From contig NW_015165831.1 in NCBI RefSeq assembly GCF_001447785.1, positions 1,364,064-1,428,063 of the forward strand: a DNA stretch of 64,000 bases, in the 5' to 3' direction. A program made the translations under genes and the position numbers. Source of the DNA: Gekko japonicus (Eukaryota). Below, in pieces: positions 12,619-24,579 of the stretch. Numbering within the stretch: position 1 is the stretch's first letter; the number at the start of each line of letters is the position of its first letter. The notes below the pieces were generated by a model. That model made no database searches and had not been told where the DNA came from. It was given only the letters and a program-made list of their open reading frames with translations.

Positions 12619-13206
12619 AACCATTTCCGCAGTAGTGAAATTCCTCGCATTGACGTTTTTAAAACTCTGCATTATGTGTCATTTTCTGCAGCAGATTTAT
12701 CCTCACCAGGCACAAACCTAAAGTTTTCTCCTTCTTACCCCGCTTTTTTGGGGTAAGAGCCAGTTTGGTGTAGTGGTTAGGAGTGCAGACTCTAATCTGG
12801 AAGAACTGGGTTTGATTCCCCACTCCTCCACATGCAGCTGCTAGTGTGACCTTGGGTCAGTTATAAGTTCTTTCAGAGCTGCTCTCTCAAGGGCACTTCT
12901 CGGCAGAGGTCTCTCAGCCCCACCTACCTCACAGGGTGTCTGTTGTGGGGAGGGGAAGGGAAAGGGATTGTAAACCACTCTGAGACTCCTTCGGGTAATG
13001 AAGGGCGGGGTATAAATCCAATCTCCTCCTCCTCCTCTTCTTCTTCTTTTGGAATCCCTGGGTTTACCGAGTTCCGAAAATGTGGGGTAAGAACGAGAAA
13101 ACTTTGGGTTTGTGTCCGGTGAGAAAAAATCTGCTGTGGAAAATTTCACATAACGTGCAGTTTTTAAAATGTCAGTGCGGGGAATTTCACTACTGCAGAA
13201 ATGGTC
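12619..13206. mobile_element. Foldback/palindromic MITE (~130-bp arms) with a SINE inserted in the middle
   Basis: accatttccgcagtagtgaaattcctcgcattgac... pairs with ...gtcagtgcggggaatttcactactgcagaaatggt; flanks tgc/tgt. Confidence 0.8.
12759..13048 (+). mobile_element. Squam3-like tRNA-derived SINE
   Basis: gccagtttggtgtagtggttagg...ggtttgattcccc head, ctcagccccacctacctcacagggtgtctgttgtgggg body, (TCT)n tail. Confidence 0.85.
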
Positions 13207-13859
13207 TGTAAAGAATGGATTCTATTATGTATACTCACCTATCCCACTTTCCTTCCGCTCTTCTTCCAGGGAGCTCAGGGTGGTGTGTATGGTTTTTACT
13301 TCCCCATGTTATGTCCACAACAATCCTGTGAGGTAGGTTAAGAAGAGCCGGTGACTGGCTCAAGGTTGCCTAGCAAGTTTCATGGCAGAACGTCCTCTGA
13401 CACTCTTTAACTGCTATGCCGCTAAGAGTGGTCTAATGAATATGAGATCTGAAACAGAATCTCCTAGGTGAGGCAGATAAGCAGTCATGATTTCAAAAAG
13501 GCTAGAAGAAAAATGGGTAAGAGCGACCTGAAAATTTTGGCCCAAGGGATGAGAGGCTTATGTTTACAATTTGCTGTTGGGGTGGACGACTTTTAGCTGA
13601 TCAGTTGCAATCTGAAGGTAGAAACTATTTCCAAAATTCTGATGAAATACTGGGTTCACAGAGTGCTCAAAGGCAGATGACACTGCAGAATTTACCTGGT
13701 ATGTGTGTGCTGCTGAGAAACAAAGTTACACACAGAGCCTTTTTATCTTTGCAAAACTAATATGAATCCTTTATTGTAACGAGCTCCATTCTAGACAGGA
13801 TAGAGACGGAATTCTAATCTCATTAACTAGCTTTAAATGGGTGGAGGTGCAGGACTATT

Positions 13860-15120
13860 TTCAGGAAGGGAGTCTGAAGAACTGAGCCAAATTGAAGTGA
13901 CCAGATATGAAGTTCTAGACCTAATGGGGAAATTAAAAGCCGATAAGTGACAGCACGGGGATTCAAATGTGAGACAGTTGATCTACTCACTTTTATATTT
14001 AACCTATCACTAAGTTCATCTGCTGTACCAGAAGACTGGAGAGTAGCACAGTCGTTTTTAAAAAGGGATCCAGAGGGGAACCAGTAAATTACAGGCCAGT
14101 CAGCCTAATGTCTGTCCCAGGCAAATCTGTAGAAATTGTAATCAAAGAATTGTTAGGCACATAGAGGAACAAAGCCTGCCTCGCCAACTTTTGGAGTTCT
14201 TTGAGAAAGTGAACAAGTGTGCTCGCTTCAGCAGTACTAAAATTGAGAAAGTGAACAAGCATGTAGACAATGGTGATCCAGTAGACATTATATGCCTGGA
14301 CTTTCAAAAGGCTTTTGATAAGGTACTTCACCAAAGACTCCTGAGTAAATTTAGCAGTCATGGGAGAAGAAGACAAGTTCTCTTACGGATTAAAAACTGG
14401 TTAAATGATAGTAAGCAAAGAGTAGGAATCAACGGACAGTTCTCACAACGGAGAGAAGTAAGCAGTGGGGTCCCAGAAGGATCGGTTTTGGGGTTAGTAC
14501 TACTTAATTTATTCATAAATGATCTGGAACTAGGGGCAAGTAGTGCAGATGACACAAAATTATTTTGGATGGTGAAGACCAAGGCTGACTGTGAAGGCCT
14601 CCAAGAGGATCTCCAGAAACTGAGTGGGTGAAAAATGTGGCAAATGAAGTTCAATGTTGGTAAGTGTAAGACAATGCATTCCGGGACAAAAAAATCCCTA
14701 CTTTGAGCATAGACGAATGGGGTCTGAACTTGCTGAGAGAGAGGGAGAAAGATCCGGGTCCGTAGTGGATAGCTCAATGAAAGTGTCAACCCAGGGTGCT
14801 GCAGCGGTGAAAAGGGCAAACTCTGTGTTAGGAATTATTAGGAAAGGGATTGAGAATAAAACAGCTAACATAGTAATGCCCCGGTATAGATCTATGATGC
14901 AGACTCATTTGGGATACTGTGTACAGTTCACCATATCTCAAAAAGGACATTGCAGAGCTGTAAGAAGTACAGAGGAGGGCAACCAGGATGATTAAGGAGC
15001 TGGAGCACCTTCCCTATGAGGAAAGGCTGAAGAGTTTGGGATTTTTCAGTTTAGAAAAGAGACAACTAAAGGGGGACATGATAAAGGTTTATAAAATTAT
15101 GCATGGGTGAGAGTTGACAA
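13860..15120 (+). mobile_element. Degraded CR1 LINE reverse transcriptase region
   Basis: Fragments [57 protein letters not shown] with frameshifts and stops. Confidence 0.9.
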
Positions 15121-15437
15121 AGAGGATAACATCAGAGCAGTAGAAAGGAGGGATGCTCAACGTCTTGACCTATCTGTCTCTCAGATTCTCTATAGTGCCC
15201 CTCTGAAGTCTGTGGCTAAGAGACAGTGCAAATTCCTTCACTATTTCCAAAATTTAATGACAACTTTGATGCGGAGTGTTGAAATCTATAAACTTAAAGC
15301 CGTTGACATTTTACTGAACTGTGAAAGAAGCCTGAACAACTTAATGCAGTGCCCTCTAGTGGTGATTTTGAGGGCTACTGAGGTGGGTGGGAAAGTAACC
15401 GCAACAGGATACAGGCTTCCATTCACAGTCTGACACG

Positions 15438-15890
15438 GGCCCCGGTCACACGAGCGGGATTGAGCGGGAAAATCCGTTGGGGAAGGGAGGCATATTAGAT
15501 GCGGAGCTAAAAGAAGCACGGGAGCGCGATCTTACGCTCCCCCGCAGCTCCGTTCTCCCTCCGTTGGCACCCAATCACACTGGGGAGGCAACAGCATAGT
15601 CCCAGCGAGGCAACACGTGTTCCCGTGTTAGTGCGCATGTATGGATCGCGGACAGCTGCAGGATGCTACAGGCTGCCGGAGTGTCCGCGATCCCATGCCT
15701 GCCGTTGCTGCGGATCTTCTGGTAGGTACTCCATTTTCCCTAGTACCTTTTCGATCCGCATTTTTGGCCGGATGCGACGGGTTAGGGGCGGGTGCATGAT
15801 GCTTGCCAGATGTTGGCGTCTGATCGCACCGGTTTGAGCCACCCTTAATCCGTCCACTCCGCTTACCTTATTCTCCGTGTGACCGGTGCC
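15438..15890. mobile_element. PIF/Harbinger-like MITE, family C copy 1
   Basis: TIR GGCCCCGGTCACACG / CGTGTGACCGGTGCC; flanks acg/aca; CpG-rich interior. Confidence 0.7.
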
Positions 15891-16334
15891 ACAGTGCCGC
15901 AACCAATTGAGTCTCCTCATGCGTGCCACGCAGGGGAGGGGGCTCCCCCATCCTGCATTACAAAGGTTTGGGAGGCCAGCTACACATCAGCTTCAGCACA
16001 GGGAGGAGGGTGGGTTTAATGTCCTCTCATCCCACCCAGTCCAAAGGCATCCCATCCAGTCCAACACTCTGCCACACAGTGGCCAAAAATACCAGGTGCC
16101 ATCAGGAGATCCACCAGTGGGGCCCCCCCACTGTTGCTCCCCAAGTACTAAGAACGCAGAGCATCACTGCCCCAGACATAGTGCTCCATCTATACCTTCT
16201 GGCTAATAGTCACTGATGGACCTCTGCTCCATATGTTTATCCAGTCCCCTCTTGAAGCTGTCTTGCCTTGTAACTGCTACCAGTCCAAACATAGACAGCT
16301 TCAAGAAGGGATTAGATAAATATAAGGAGCAGAT

Positions 16335-16722
16335 AGATTCAGGTGGGTAGCCATGTTGGTCTGAAGCAACAGAACAACATTTGAGTCCAGTGGCACCTTT
16401 AAGACTGACAAAGTTTAATCCTGGGTATAAGCTTTTGTGTGTCTGCACACTTCTTCATACGGAGCAGGGACTGTGTACTAGCTTCCTTTGGACAACAGTT
16501 TGAGTTCAGTGGCATGCACCCTTAAGACCAACAAAATTTTATTCAAGGTATAAGCTTTTGTGTGCAAGTACACTTCTTCAGACACAAAAGGTATAAGCTT
16601 GCACAAGGTATAAATTTGCATATGAAAGCTTATACCTTGAATACAATGTTGTTGGTCTTAAAGGTGCCACTGGACTGACTTTGTTCTGCTGCTTCAGTTC
16701 AACCCGGCTACCCACCTGAATG
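16335..16722. mobile_element. Penelope-like element terminal fragments in tandem/inverted arrangement (also near 11315-11450, 30250-30470, 51280-51400, 53115-53310, 62630-63410)
   Basis: ggtagccatgttggtctgaagca...gagtccagtggcacctttaagacc...aagctttcgtgtg...ttcttcagat units and their reverse complements. Confidence 0.65.
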
Positions 16723-16841
16723 TAGCTTCCTCTGGGTGTATGATAACATGATATATTAAGTATAAAAGTGAGACATGAAGCCTTGCAGCTTAACCTGGTC
16801 CACAAAATGCAAAAGTAAGAAGCAGCAAAACTCTCTGAAGG

Positions 16842-17121
16842 TGTTATGTACGTGGACCGCCTCCAGGGGTCCGCGGACAGGCCAGAGCTTGAATCCGAAA
16901 ACAAAGGAAACTTCGGATCCTGGATTCCCCAGCCCCAACCAATAGCCACCTTGGTGGGACATTTAAACCCTCCAATGGGAGTGGGGGGGTGGCTGGTGGA
17001 TATGTATATAGTTGGCCCTGTTGGCCGTTAGAGTTAGTCTTTGTCTATGTGAAGTACAATAAACGTGTGCTACAGCATGTTGTTGTCCGAGTCCTCCATG
17101 CGGCGAACCCCATACTTTTCA
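16842..17121 (+). mobile_element. Solo LTR (280 bp) with 5-bp TSD
   Basis: TG...CA termini, perfect TSD gaagg (16837-16841, 17122-17126), internal CCAAT, TATATA and AATAAA in U3-R order. Confidence 0.85.
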
Positions 17122-17313
17122 GAAGGCATAATGAGTTAAGACCGCAGATGGTGAGTTTCAGCTTTCAAAGTTCCTTCACATTATAAAACAACAACAACAA
17201 AAACATCCTCCATTTGAAGGGAGGGTTAGCACAAGGAACCATTCCAAAATGTGATCCTCTATCTGCAGCCAGGCGCAGTCTGTTCTGCTGCCTCTGATTT
17301 TTTGTTAGATATT

Positions 17314-17675
17314 GGCCCTGTTCACATGGAGGATTTGCCGCGGGAGAGCAACGATTGCATGGCGGATTATCCAGGTGCAATCACACCACAACATCTGGGA
17401 AGACCTGTGGCAAACCCGTGGCTTCCGCCGAAAATGCGTGATTAAAAACTACCTGCTCGAAGGTACTAGCAACCGGTTTGTCACGGGCTGCCTCCGGAGT
17501 CCCTCGGTGTGATTGCGCCACCACGGCTGTTCCCTCTGGCCCCTTGTTGATGCGCAGGCGCGGAGGGACGAAACTGTGGCGTGCCGCTGATGCGTGGGAT
17601 CGCTTTATGGCGGCTCTAATGGTGGTGGCGCAAAAAGTCCCCCCCCCACGTTATCCAGTCCTTGTGACCGGGGCC
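17314..17675. mobile_element. PIF/Harbinger-like MITE, family C copy 2
   Basis: Termini ggccctgttcacatggaggatttgcc / ttgtgaccggggcc; shares aacatctgggaag and gcggatta blocks with the copy at 59367. Confidence 0.65.
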
Positions 17676-17717
17676 TTTTGTACCTCTGCACCCTAGAGGA
17701 CCTGGAAGGGAAGGGAT

Positions 17718-18135
17718 CAGGGGTCATTTCCTGCAGGAGCGCACAGGAGCAGAGCTCCGGCAGTAAAGAGCCCAGGGGGCGGGCACATGCAACAAGCCCC
17801 ACCCCCTGCTCCCAGCAGCCCTCAGTCAGAGCAAGAAGCAGCCAGGTATGTTGCAGAGCTTCCCCCGGCCTCCCGGTCCAAAACAGTCCAGTGGCAACTT
17901 TAAGACCAAGTTTTATTCAGGTACATGCTCTCCCTCCTCTGCGAGGACAGATCTGCACGTTCCCCCCCCCCTCCAATAGCTAGCAATCCAAAACAGTCCA
18001 GTGGAGCCTGAGCGGTGGGTGTTGCCTTCTGACACACTTCCGGTGATGTCAGGGGGCGTGGCATATGCAAATAAGTTATGCTAATGAGTTATGCTAATGA
18101 GCTCCTGCACCTCTTTTTCTACGAAATGACCCCTG
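17718..18135. mobile_element. hAT-type MITE, family B (octamer-bearing) copy 2
   Basis: TIR CAGGGGTCATTTC / GAAATGACCCCTG; perfect 8-bp TSD gaagggat; ATGCAAAT plus two ATGCTAAT. Confidence 0.9.
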
Positions 18136-18609
18136 GAAGGGATTAAGAGGATTCTCTGCTGGGTACACTTGGCAGCTGGCCCCAGGCTCTCATGGGTTAG
18201 ATGCTGAGCCTCCTTGGCCCTTGCTTGCCTTCTGTTTTATCTGATATAGGATCTCTCTTCTCTCTCTTAACTGGGATTGGAGCTGTAGTAAATTAACCTT
18301 TTGTGGAGTTAATCTGTTGAGAATAAGTTAAATGTACCTACATGAATATGTCATGTAAGGTGTGCTTCTGTTTTTGTAAGTAAAATTTATTTCTCTTGTT
18401 ACCACTGGAGTCAAGTCATTTTTGTAATTTATTTGAACAGCATTTCCCCCTTAACTGGGAAAAGTGGAGGATCGGGGATACTGCCCTGTCTGACGAAGCG
18501 AACTTTAATTCTGGAAAGCTGGCACCCTGAAACTCTGGTTGGTCTCTCTACGGTGCTCCTGGACTCTAATCTAAAGTTTTGGTTCCTGCTTTTGCTTCCC
18601 AGAGGCAAG

Positions 18610-19460
18610 GATAACGTCCGGCACAGGCGCACTTGGAATTAGAAGGATTTGCATGCATAGAAAACTCTGCCGGCTCCGATTCACCTCCCGGACCCTTCCC
18701 CTTTCATCTCACGCGGCGGGCAGGCACTCGAGTCCCAAGCGTGAGACCGGTGGAGCTCCCGCTCCGCGCCAAACGGGGCGTCGTCGCAGACAAGAGGCCG
18801 ACCAGGGCCAGGGCTGCCCCTTTCCGGGCGACGACGCTTGGCGCCGCCCCTCGCCCTGCCTTCCGCAGCATGGGCGGCTTCGAGGAGGTCCCGACGGGCA
18901 CCTGCCAGGAGATGTGCCCGGCCGGCGAGCTAGCGCTGCGGCGGCGCCAGGGACGGCTGCATGTCTTGGAGCGGGGGCCGCCCGAGCAGGCGGTGAAGGA
19001 GTACTCGCGGCCGGCCGCCGGCAAGGAGCGCTCGCGGCCCGAGGAGCTGCGTCCGCCGCCGGTGCTGCTGGCCACGGTGCGGCACCTCTTGGGCGAAGCG
19101 GCCCGCTGGCGTCCCGACGTGTCCGTCGCCGAGCAGTGCGCCTTCGTCACTGACCGCCTGCGCGCCGTGCGCCTCGACCTCACCGTGCAGCGCGCCTCCG
19201 GCCTGCCCTGCGCGGCGGTCCTCGAGCGTTCGCTCGTCTACCTGCTCCGCGCCGGACACCAGCTCTGCGGAGAGCCGCCCGCCCGCTTCGACGCCCACTT
19301 GCACCGAGCCCAGGTCCAGGAGTGCTTCGCTGTCTTGCGCCGCGCCTACCGGGACGAGGAGGAGGACCGCGCCGCCGCCGAGCCCCTCTTCCAAGCGCTC
19401 TTCTTGCTATACAACCTGGGTAAGCCGAGGGAGGCTGGGCGGATGTGTAGGATCCTGGGC
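18610..19460 (+). promoter_or_regulatory. CpG island over the SAC3D1 promoter and exon 1
   Basis: Very high GC and CpG content spanning the ATG and first exon. Confidence 0.75.
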
Positions 19461-20767
19461 AAGAGTTGTGATTGCGGTCCATCGTTCCAATTTGCTACAG
19501 TCTTCAGGTGGCCCTAGAGAGCGCCTTTTGCCCCTTTCCCTGCCCTTATGCAGTGCAGGAGTAATCAGGTTGGTCCATCTTGCAAGGTTGTTGTAAGGGT
19601 TGCATGAGAATGCGTCAGAAGGGCTTTGAGCATGTGAGGCGATCTCGAAATGCTGGGTAGGTTCAAGGGAAGCAACTTCTCACCATTGCTCTTGTTTTTG
19701 CAGTAAAGTCTCACCACTTAACAGTGTTTGGGAACCTGGGAGGGAGGGACCCCCATGGGATACATCCTTTCAGTGGGGCATGCTCCCAGGTTGCTCTGTA
19801 TGTGGGCACCCTTTGCTGGCAGCACATGACTGCAGTGCTGAGACTGTGGTCTTCCCAGTATTTTTATAGCTGTTTTGTTTACATTGCAAGGCAGCTTACA
19901 ATGTAAATAAAACAACTATTTAAAAATACCGAAATCCCCACTGCCTTGTGAGTCAGTCAAGAAAACAGCGCTCCGTTTGCAGGACCTGACCAAGGCTGTT
20001 AATGATAGGATGTTTTGGATGTCATTCATTCATTGGGTCGTACACTTGCCCTAAATCAGCAGTGACTTGACGGGAATTAACACACACCCAAGCTGTCCTG
20101 CATTCTGCAAAGCAAAAGGGCGGCTAATAAATGTGTTAAATAAACAAACAAATAATAAAATAAATAACTAAATAAAATATCGAGCTTTAGGATCCAGTCA
20201 GGCGCTCCAGATAATCCCCCAGAATGTCTCCCTGTAATGCTGGCTGTAAGGACTGGAAATAACATCACCATGACTTTGTGTTACTTTTCTCTCCTATCCA
20301 CAGGCAGCCCAGATGCTCTCTGGCAGATTTTAGGGCTCCCCCATCACATCCGAGCCTCCCCTGAGCTTTCCACAGCACGGGCGATCAGCTTGGCTTACTT
20401 GGAGCGCAACTTTGCCCGCTTCTTCCGCCTGGCTCGGGAGCTGCCCTACCTACAGAGCTGTGCCCTCCATCCGCACGTGGCCGGGGCCCGCCGCCTAGCC
20501 CTGCACACCTTCAGCCATGGCTTCAGCAGCAGGAACTGCCGCTACCCTTTGGATTGTCTGGCCCGCCTGCTGGCCACGGACAGCCTCAAGGAGGCTGAGG
20601 CATTGTGCCAGGCACAGGGTTTGACAATACTGGAGGGAAGTGTCGTCTTCCAGAAAGGATCTTTCAAGGACTCTGATCCCCTAAATCACAGGCCTTCCTT
20701 CCTGCTTGTTGATGGGAAGTGGGGAGAGACCACTCTTCATGAGTTCACAGAGGGTATCTGTAGCTGA
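18870..20767 (+). CDS. SAC3D1: SAC3 domain-containing protein 1, ~337 aa; join(18870..19419,20304..20767)
   Basis: GTCQEMCP...LHVLE...AVKEYSRPAAGK...LRPPPVLLATVRHL...FVTDRLRAVRLDLTVQ...FQALFLLYNLG|SPDALWQ...NFARFFRLARELPYLQSC: SAC3/GANP domain, two-exon layout, phase-1 GT-AG intron, adjacent to SNX15 as in mammals. Confidence 0.95.
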
Positions 20768-21289
20768 ATGGAGGGACCAATGTCTGCTCTGAGGGGCGGT
20801 GTTGGCCCCCTCAGCCCAAATTGTTGTATCTACATAGGTGGCAAAGTGACGTGGGAGAATGGATTCTTCTGCTTCCGTGAGGCAGAGTGATGTAGGCCTC
20901 ATCCAGAGGTCCAGGGAAGGGTGGAACCATTGAGTGACTTCAAACAACCATTCACCTCACCGGGACAGCTTCACCGGTAACCGTTGTTGGGTACCTGCTC
21001 ACCCCTTCCTTCTTTTCTGTAGATTGGGAGGGACGGCTACCACACACGGTCCTGTGGTTCAATACCCTGCCAAGGGAGCTGCTATCGTAGCCGTTAAGCT
21101 AAGAAGAAGCCATGGGCCTCAGGGCTATCCAGTATCAAAGGGTGCTCTTGCTTTCTCTTCAGGCCCCACATGCCCTGCTTTGGCGGTGGGATGTGTCTGG
21201 TTGCTGGAAGCAATTTTGCCTGCCTACACACTGCTAGATGCCTCATGCAAGGTGTCAGTTATCAAAGACTGTTAAATTAACAAAATATT

Positions 21290-21473
21290 ACAAGAGTGCT
21301 AGTGTTTTAAGCATGTTTTATTTTAAATTTAAAACTTTAATTGCGTTCGTGTACTTTATAAAGTTTATATCTCCGCTACCTGGTATTACATTTTAAGACA
21401 CACATGGCCCGGCCCAACAAGGTCTCATTTATGTCAGATCCGACCCTTATAACAAATGAGTTTGACACCTCTG
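21290..21473. mobile_element. hAT (Charlie-like) element end fragment
   Basis: ggcccggccc...cagatccgaccct...aaatgagtttgacacctctg; reverse reads CAGAGGTGTCAAACTCATTTG, a hAT-type TIR. Confidence 0.55.
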
Positions 21474-21794
21474 TTTTAGTGCCTTTAAAAATAAAAAAAC
21501 CCAAACCCACTTGTCTTTAGGGTAGGAGGAGAAGAGAAGGAGTGGTTTGATGATGATGATAACAAGTACTGTCTTTGGAAAGGTGGGTTGGAGCTGGGTG
21601 GGAGCAGGTGGGACGAAGAAAACTATAGAAACCTTATGCACAAGGAAAAAGCCGACTCAAAATCAGCTTCCAGAAAAAGATTGGGATAAAAGTGGTCTCA
21701 AAAAATTGGGGGGAGGGGGGGAACGATAAAAAAAGAAGCAAAAACTAAAGGCACAAAAATGCATGCAGAAACTGGGGTAAACCAAAGCACTATA

Positions 21795-22068
21795 GGGAAC
21801 CCTCACTGTTCCCTGGAAGGCCAGATACTGAAGCTGATGCTCAGATACTTTGGCCACCAAATGAGAAGGCAGCACTCACTGGAGAAGACCCTGATGCTGG
21901 GAAAGACTGAAGCTAAAAGAAGAAGGGGACGTCAAAGGATGAGATGGTTGGACAGTGTCATAGATGCAATGTACATGAAGTTGAGCAAATTACGGTGGAC
22001 AGAAGGGTGGTCCCAAGGAGTTGTGAAGAGTCAAGAGTTGACTGTGTAACTGAACAACAACAACAACA
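21795..22068 (+). mobile_element. BovB/RTE LINE 3' fragment
   Basis: Peptide CSLEGQILKLMLRYFGHQMRRQHSLEKTLMLGKTEAKRRRGRQRMRWLDSV; (CAA)n tail. Confidence 0.9.
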
Positions 22069-24579
22069 TGGGGCCAGAACCAATGGGGGGGGAAATGCCA
22101 AAAAGGCCTATGTTTAGTAATAAAGTGTGACCTTTAGCCAACTCCTCCCTTGCTGCCCCTAATGCCTGGAATTGTTTGCCAGAACACCCGTGTGAAGCAT
22201 ACTCTCATGCTTCCTTCACATCTTTCTCTGGGACCCATTTTCCCCATGAAACCTTTGGCACAAACTCTTCCTTGATGAAACTAAGCCTAACTGAAATTAA
22301 TCCACAGCATTCCCTTTGTCAAATGTTAAGCATCTTTTGGCGGGGATCCACCTAATGCATCAGGCATGGTGCAGATGAATTCCTTGTGCTTCTGCCTCTG
22401 ACAGATCTCCATGGAGGTGCCCAGTCAAACTGGCTGCCAGAGGGGCCACTATCTATCTCTCAGTGCCCATGATGGGAGTCATTCTACCCACACATCTCCG
22501 TGTTGCTCCCACGTGGTCACATAGTGATAAAAAGGATAGAATGGGTGGCATGAATCGTTTATACACACATGAGTTGCAGCTATGGCCAATCCACTAGAAG
22601 GCAGTGGATTCACGGGGTAGGCTTTGAATGCACCAGAGGAGGACAATGGGGGGGGGGGGAATCTTGGAGAACTAGCTGCCTGTGAAGAGAGGGTGGAGAA
22701 ATAATCCCCAGCACAGCACTTTAAGCACACGAGAACCTGGTTAGTGATGCTCCCATTCCCAGGGCTGTGTGTGCACGATGATCTTAAATGAACAGTGATG
22801 CTACATGGCAGGGCTAGGATAAATTACACTCCCTCTAGCTCCATCTACAGTGTGAGGAAGCTCACCATGGAATTCACAGCAGGGTTGTAAGCCACTCTCA
22901 CAGTTCCAGTCAGAAACCTGGGGATAGCAATACTAGACGCTCTCAGCCAAAGTGCTATTTCCTGACTGCAACTGCAGTGAAAACATCTTTTCATTTCTGT
23001 TACATGTCCTCAAGCTTCATTTTGGCCCAGAATGTGGGGGGGGGGGGATAAGGGCTTGTACCCAAAGTTCTGTGGGAAAAGTGGGTTATTAGGAGGGATT
23101 CCAAGGAAGTTAGAGGCAGTATTACACTGATTTTTAGGGGGCTATCAACAGCATAAGGGTATATGTCAAAGTATACAGAGGATGATTCAGGGGATAAGGT
23201 GTTCCTTGGAGAACCTGGAGGATCTTCTTAAGTTCCCATTATAACAGGGAAGAGTTTTTTGTGAGAGTAAAAGTTACCACACTGCTTAAGATGCTGAAGC
23301 AGTCATTGAACAAGATAAGCTGGATGTTTGCGTGTCATTAATATGCTGATGACAACTCCATATTACATTAATTAAGTATCCTGTCTCTGTCTTGAATCAG
23401 TGACCCTAGACTGAATTCATTGATGTAGCTAAAATGCAGTCCAAACAAGATGTAGGTTGAGAAGGCTGATCTGCTGGAAGGGGTTGATTTAATGATAATC
23501 CTCGAATGAGCAATTTAACTAGTATTGCTTTTACTGCAGCCTGAAGAATTTTGGGGAGCTTTTTTTATGCTGGGCCACCCACAGCATGCCACCCACAGGA
23601 AGAGACAAAAAGGTGTGGGAATAACTTCTTTTTGGCATTTTAGTAATATTCAGTGGTATACTAAATGATGGCTACATTGTATTAGATAACCCTCACTATA
23701 TAGACACCAGAGTGTAGGGATGTATCATTTGGCGTGGTCCATATTGTTTCGTGGCCCAAGTGTCTGCCTGTGTGATTGTCTTAAGGGTACTCCACTTTGG
23801 AGCAGCTAGCACAAGAACTGTGCTTTGGACCAGGAAACAGGATATATCCCCTTGAAGGGGAGAATCCTGTGAACCTGGGGGTGTATGATGTGTGGTGGTC
23901 CAGACCATATTTTGGGTTCAGAACTTTCAAACTCTTCTCAGTGTTTTTGGTTGAATTCATGAATAAGTTGTGAATAAGGAATGAATAAGGAACTGGGAAT
24001 AAGGAACCAACTTCAGCCTCATTGTACCTTCTGCATGCAAAGCAGAGGCTCTTCCACTGAGCCACAGCCTGGTGTTCTCCAGAGAAACAGAGAATAGAGA
24101 AACCGAGAACTTTTGAGTAGCTGTGATTACGCAGCCATCCATCCCCCTCTAGGTAGAACCAAACGTTTATTGTGAAAACATGGTGTCAAGAGTATTTATG
24201 ATGGCGTTTATGTAGGCTGGTGGTTATGTCAAACTATATGATCCTGGAGGAGGTGGCTCCTTCACAGGCCACCCTGGAGAAAATGGCTGCTTTGATGGGT
24301 GGACTCTATGGCATTGTACCATGCTGAGGCCCCTCCCCTCCCCAAACCCCTTCCTCTCCTGGATCCACCCCCAAAGTCTCCAGATATTTTCCACCCCAGA
24401 GTGGCAACGCTAAAGACACCACGTGTTCTGACCAGGTTTATTTTCGGAAGTGCTCACATACTGTTTTGAGAGTGTTTTAGTATGTATTACTGTGTCGCTA
24501 TCTCTGGTATTGCATTGTTGCATTGTAACCATATTGTTGATATTCACATAAAATTATTAAGCAACTGGGGAGGGGGCAG

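Noticed and set aside
12759-12830. tRNA genes (A/B-box heads here and at many other sites)
   Set aside because: No complete cloverleaf; each head runs into a SINE body and tail.
18633-18869. N-terminal extension of SAC3D1 suggested by the 294-aa ORF
   Set aside because: Starts at TTG in a GC-rich, stop-poor island; homology begins at the ATG at 18870. The overlapping antisense ORFs here are GC artefacts too.
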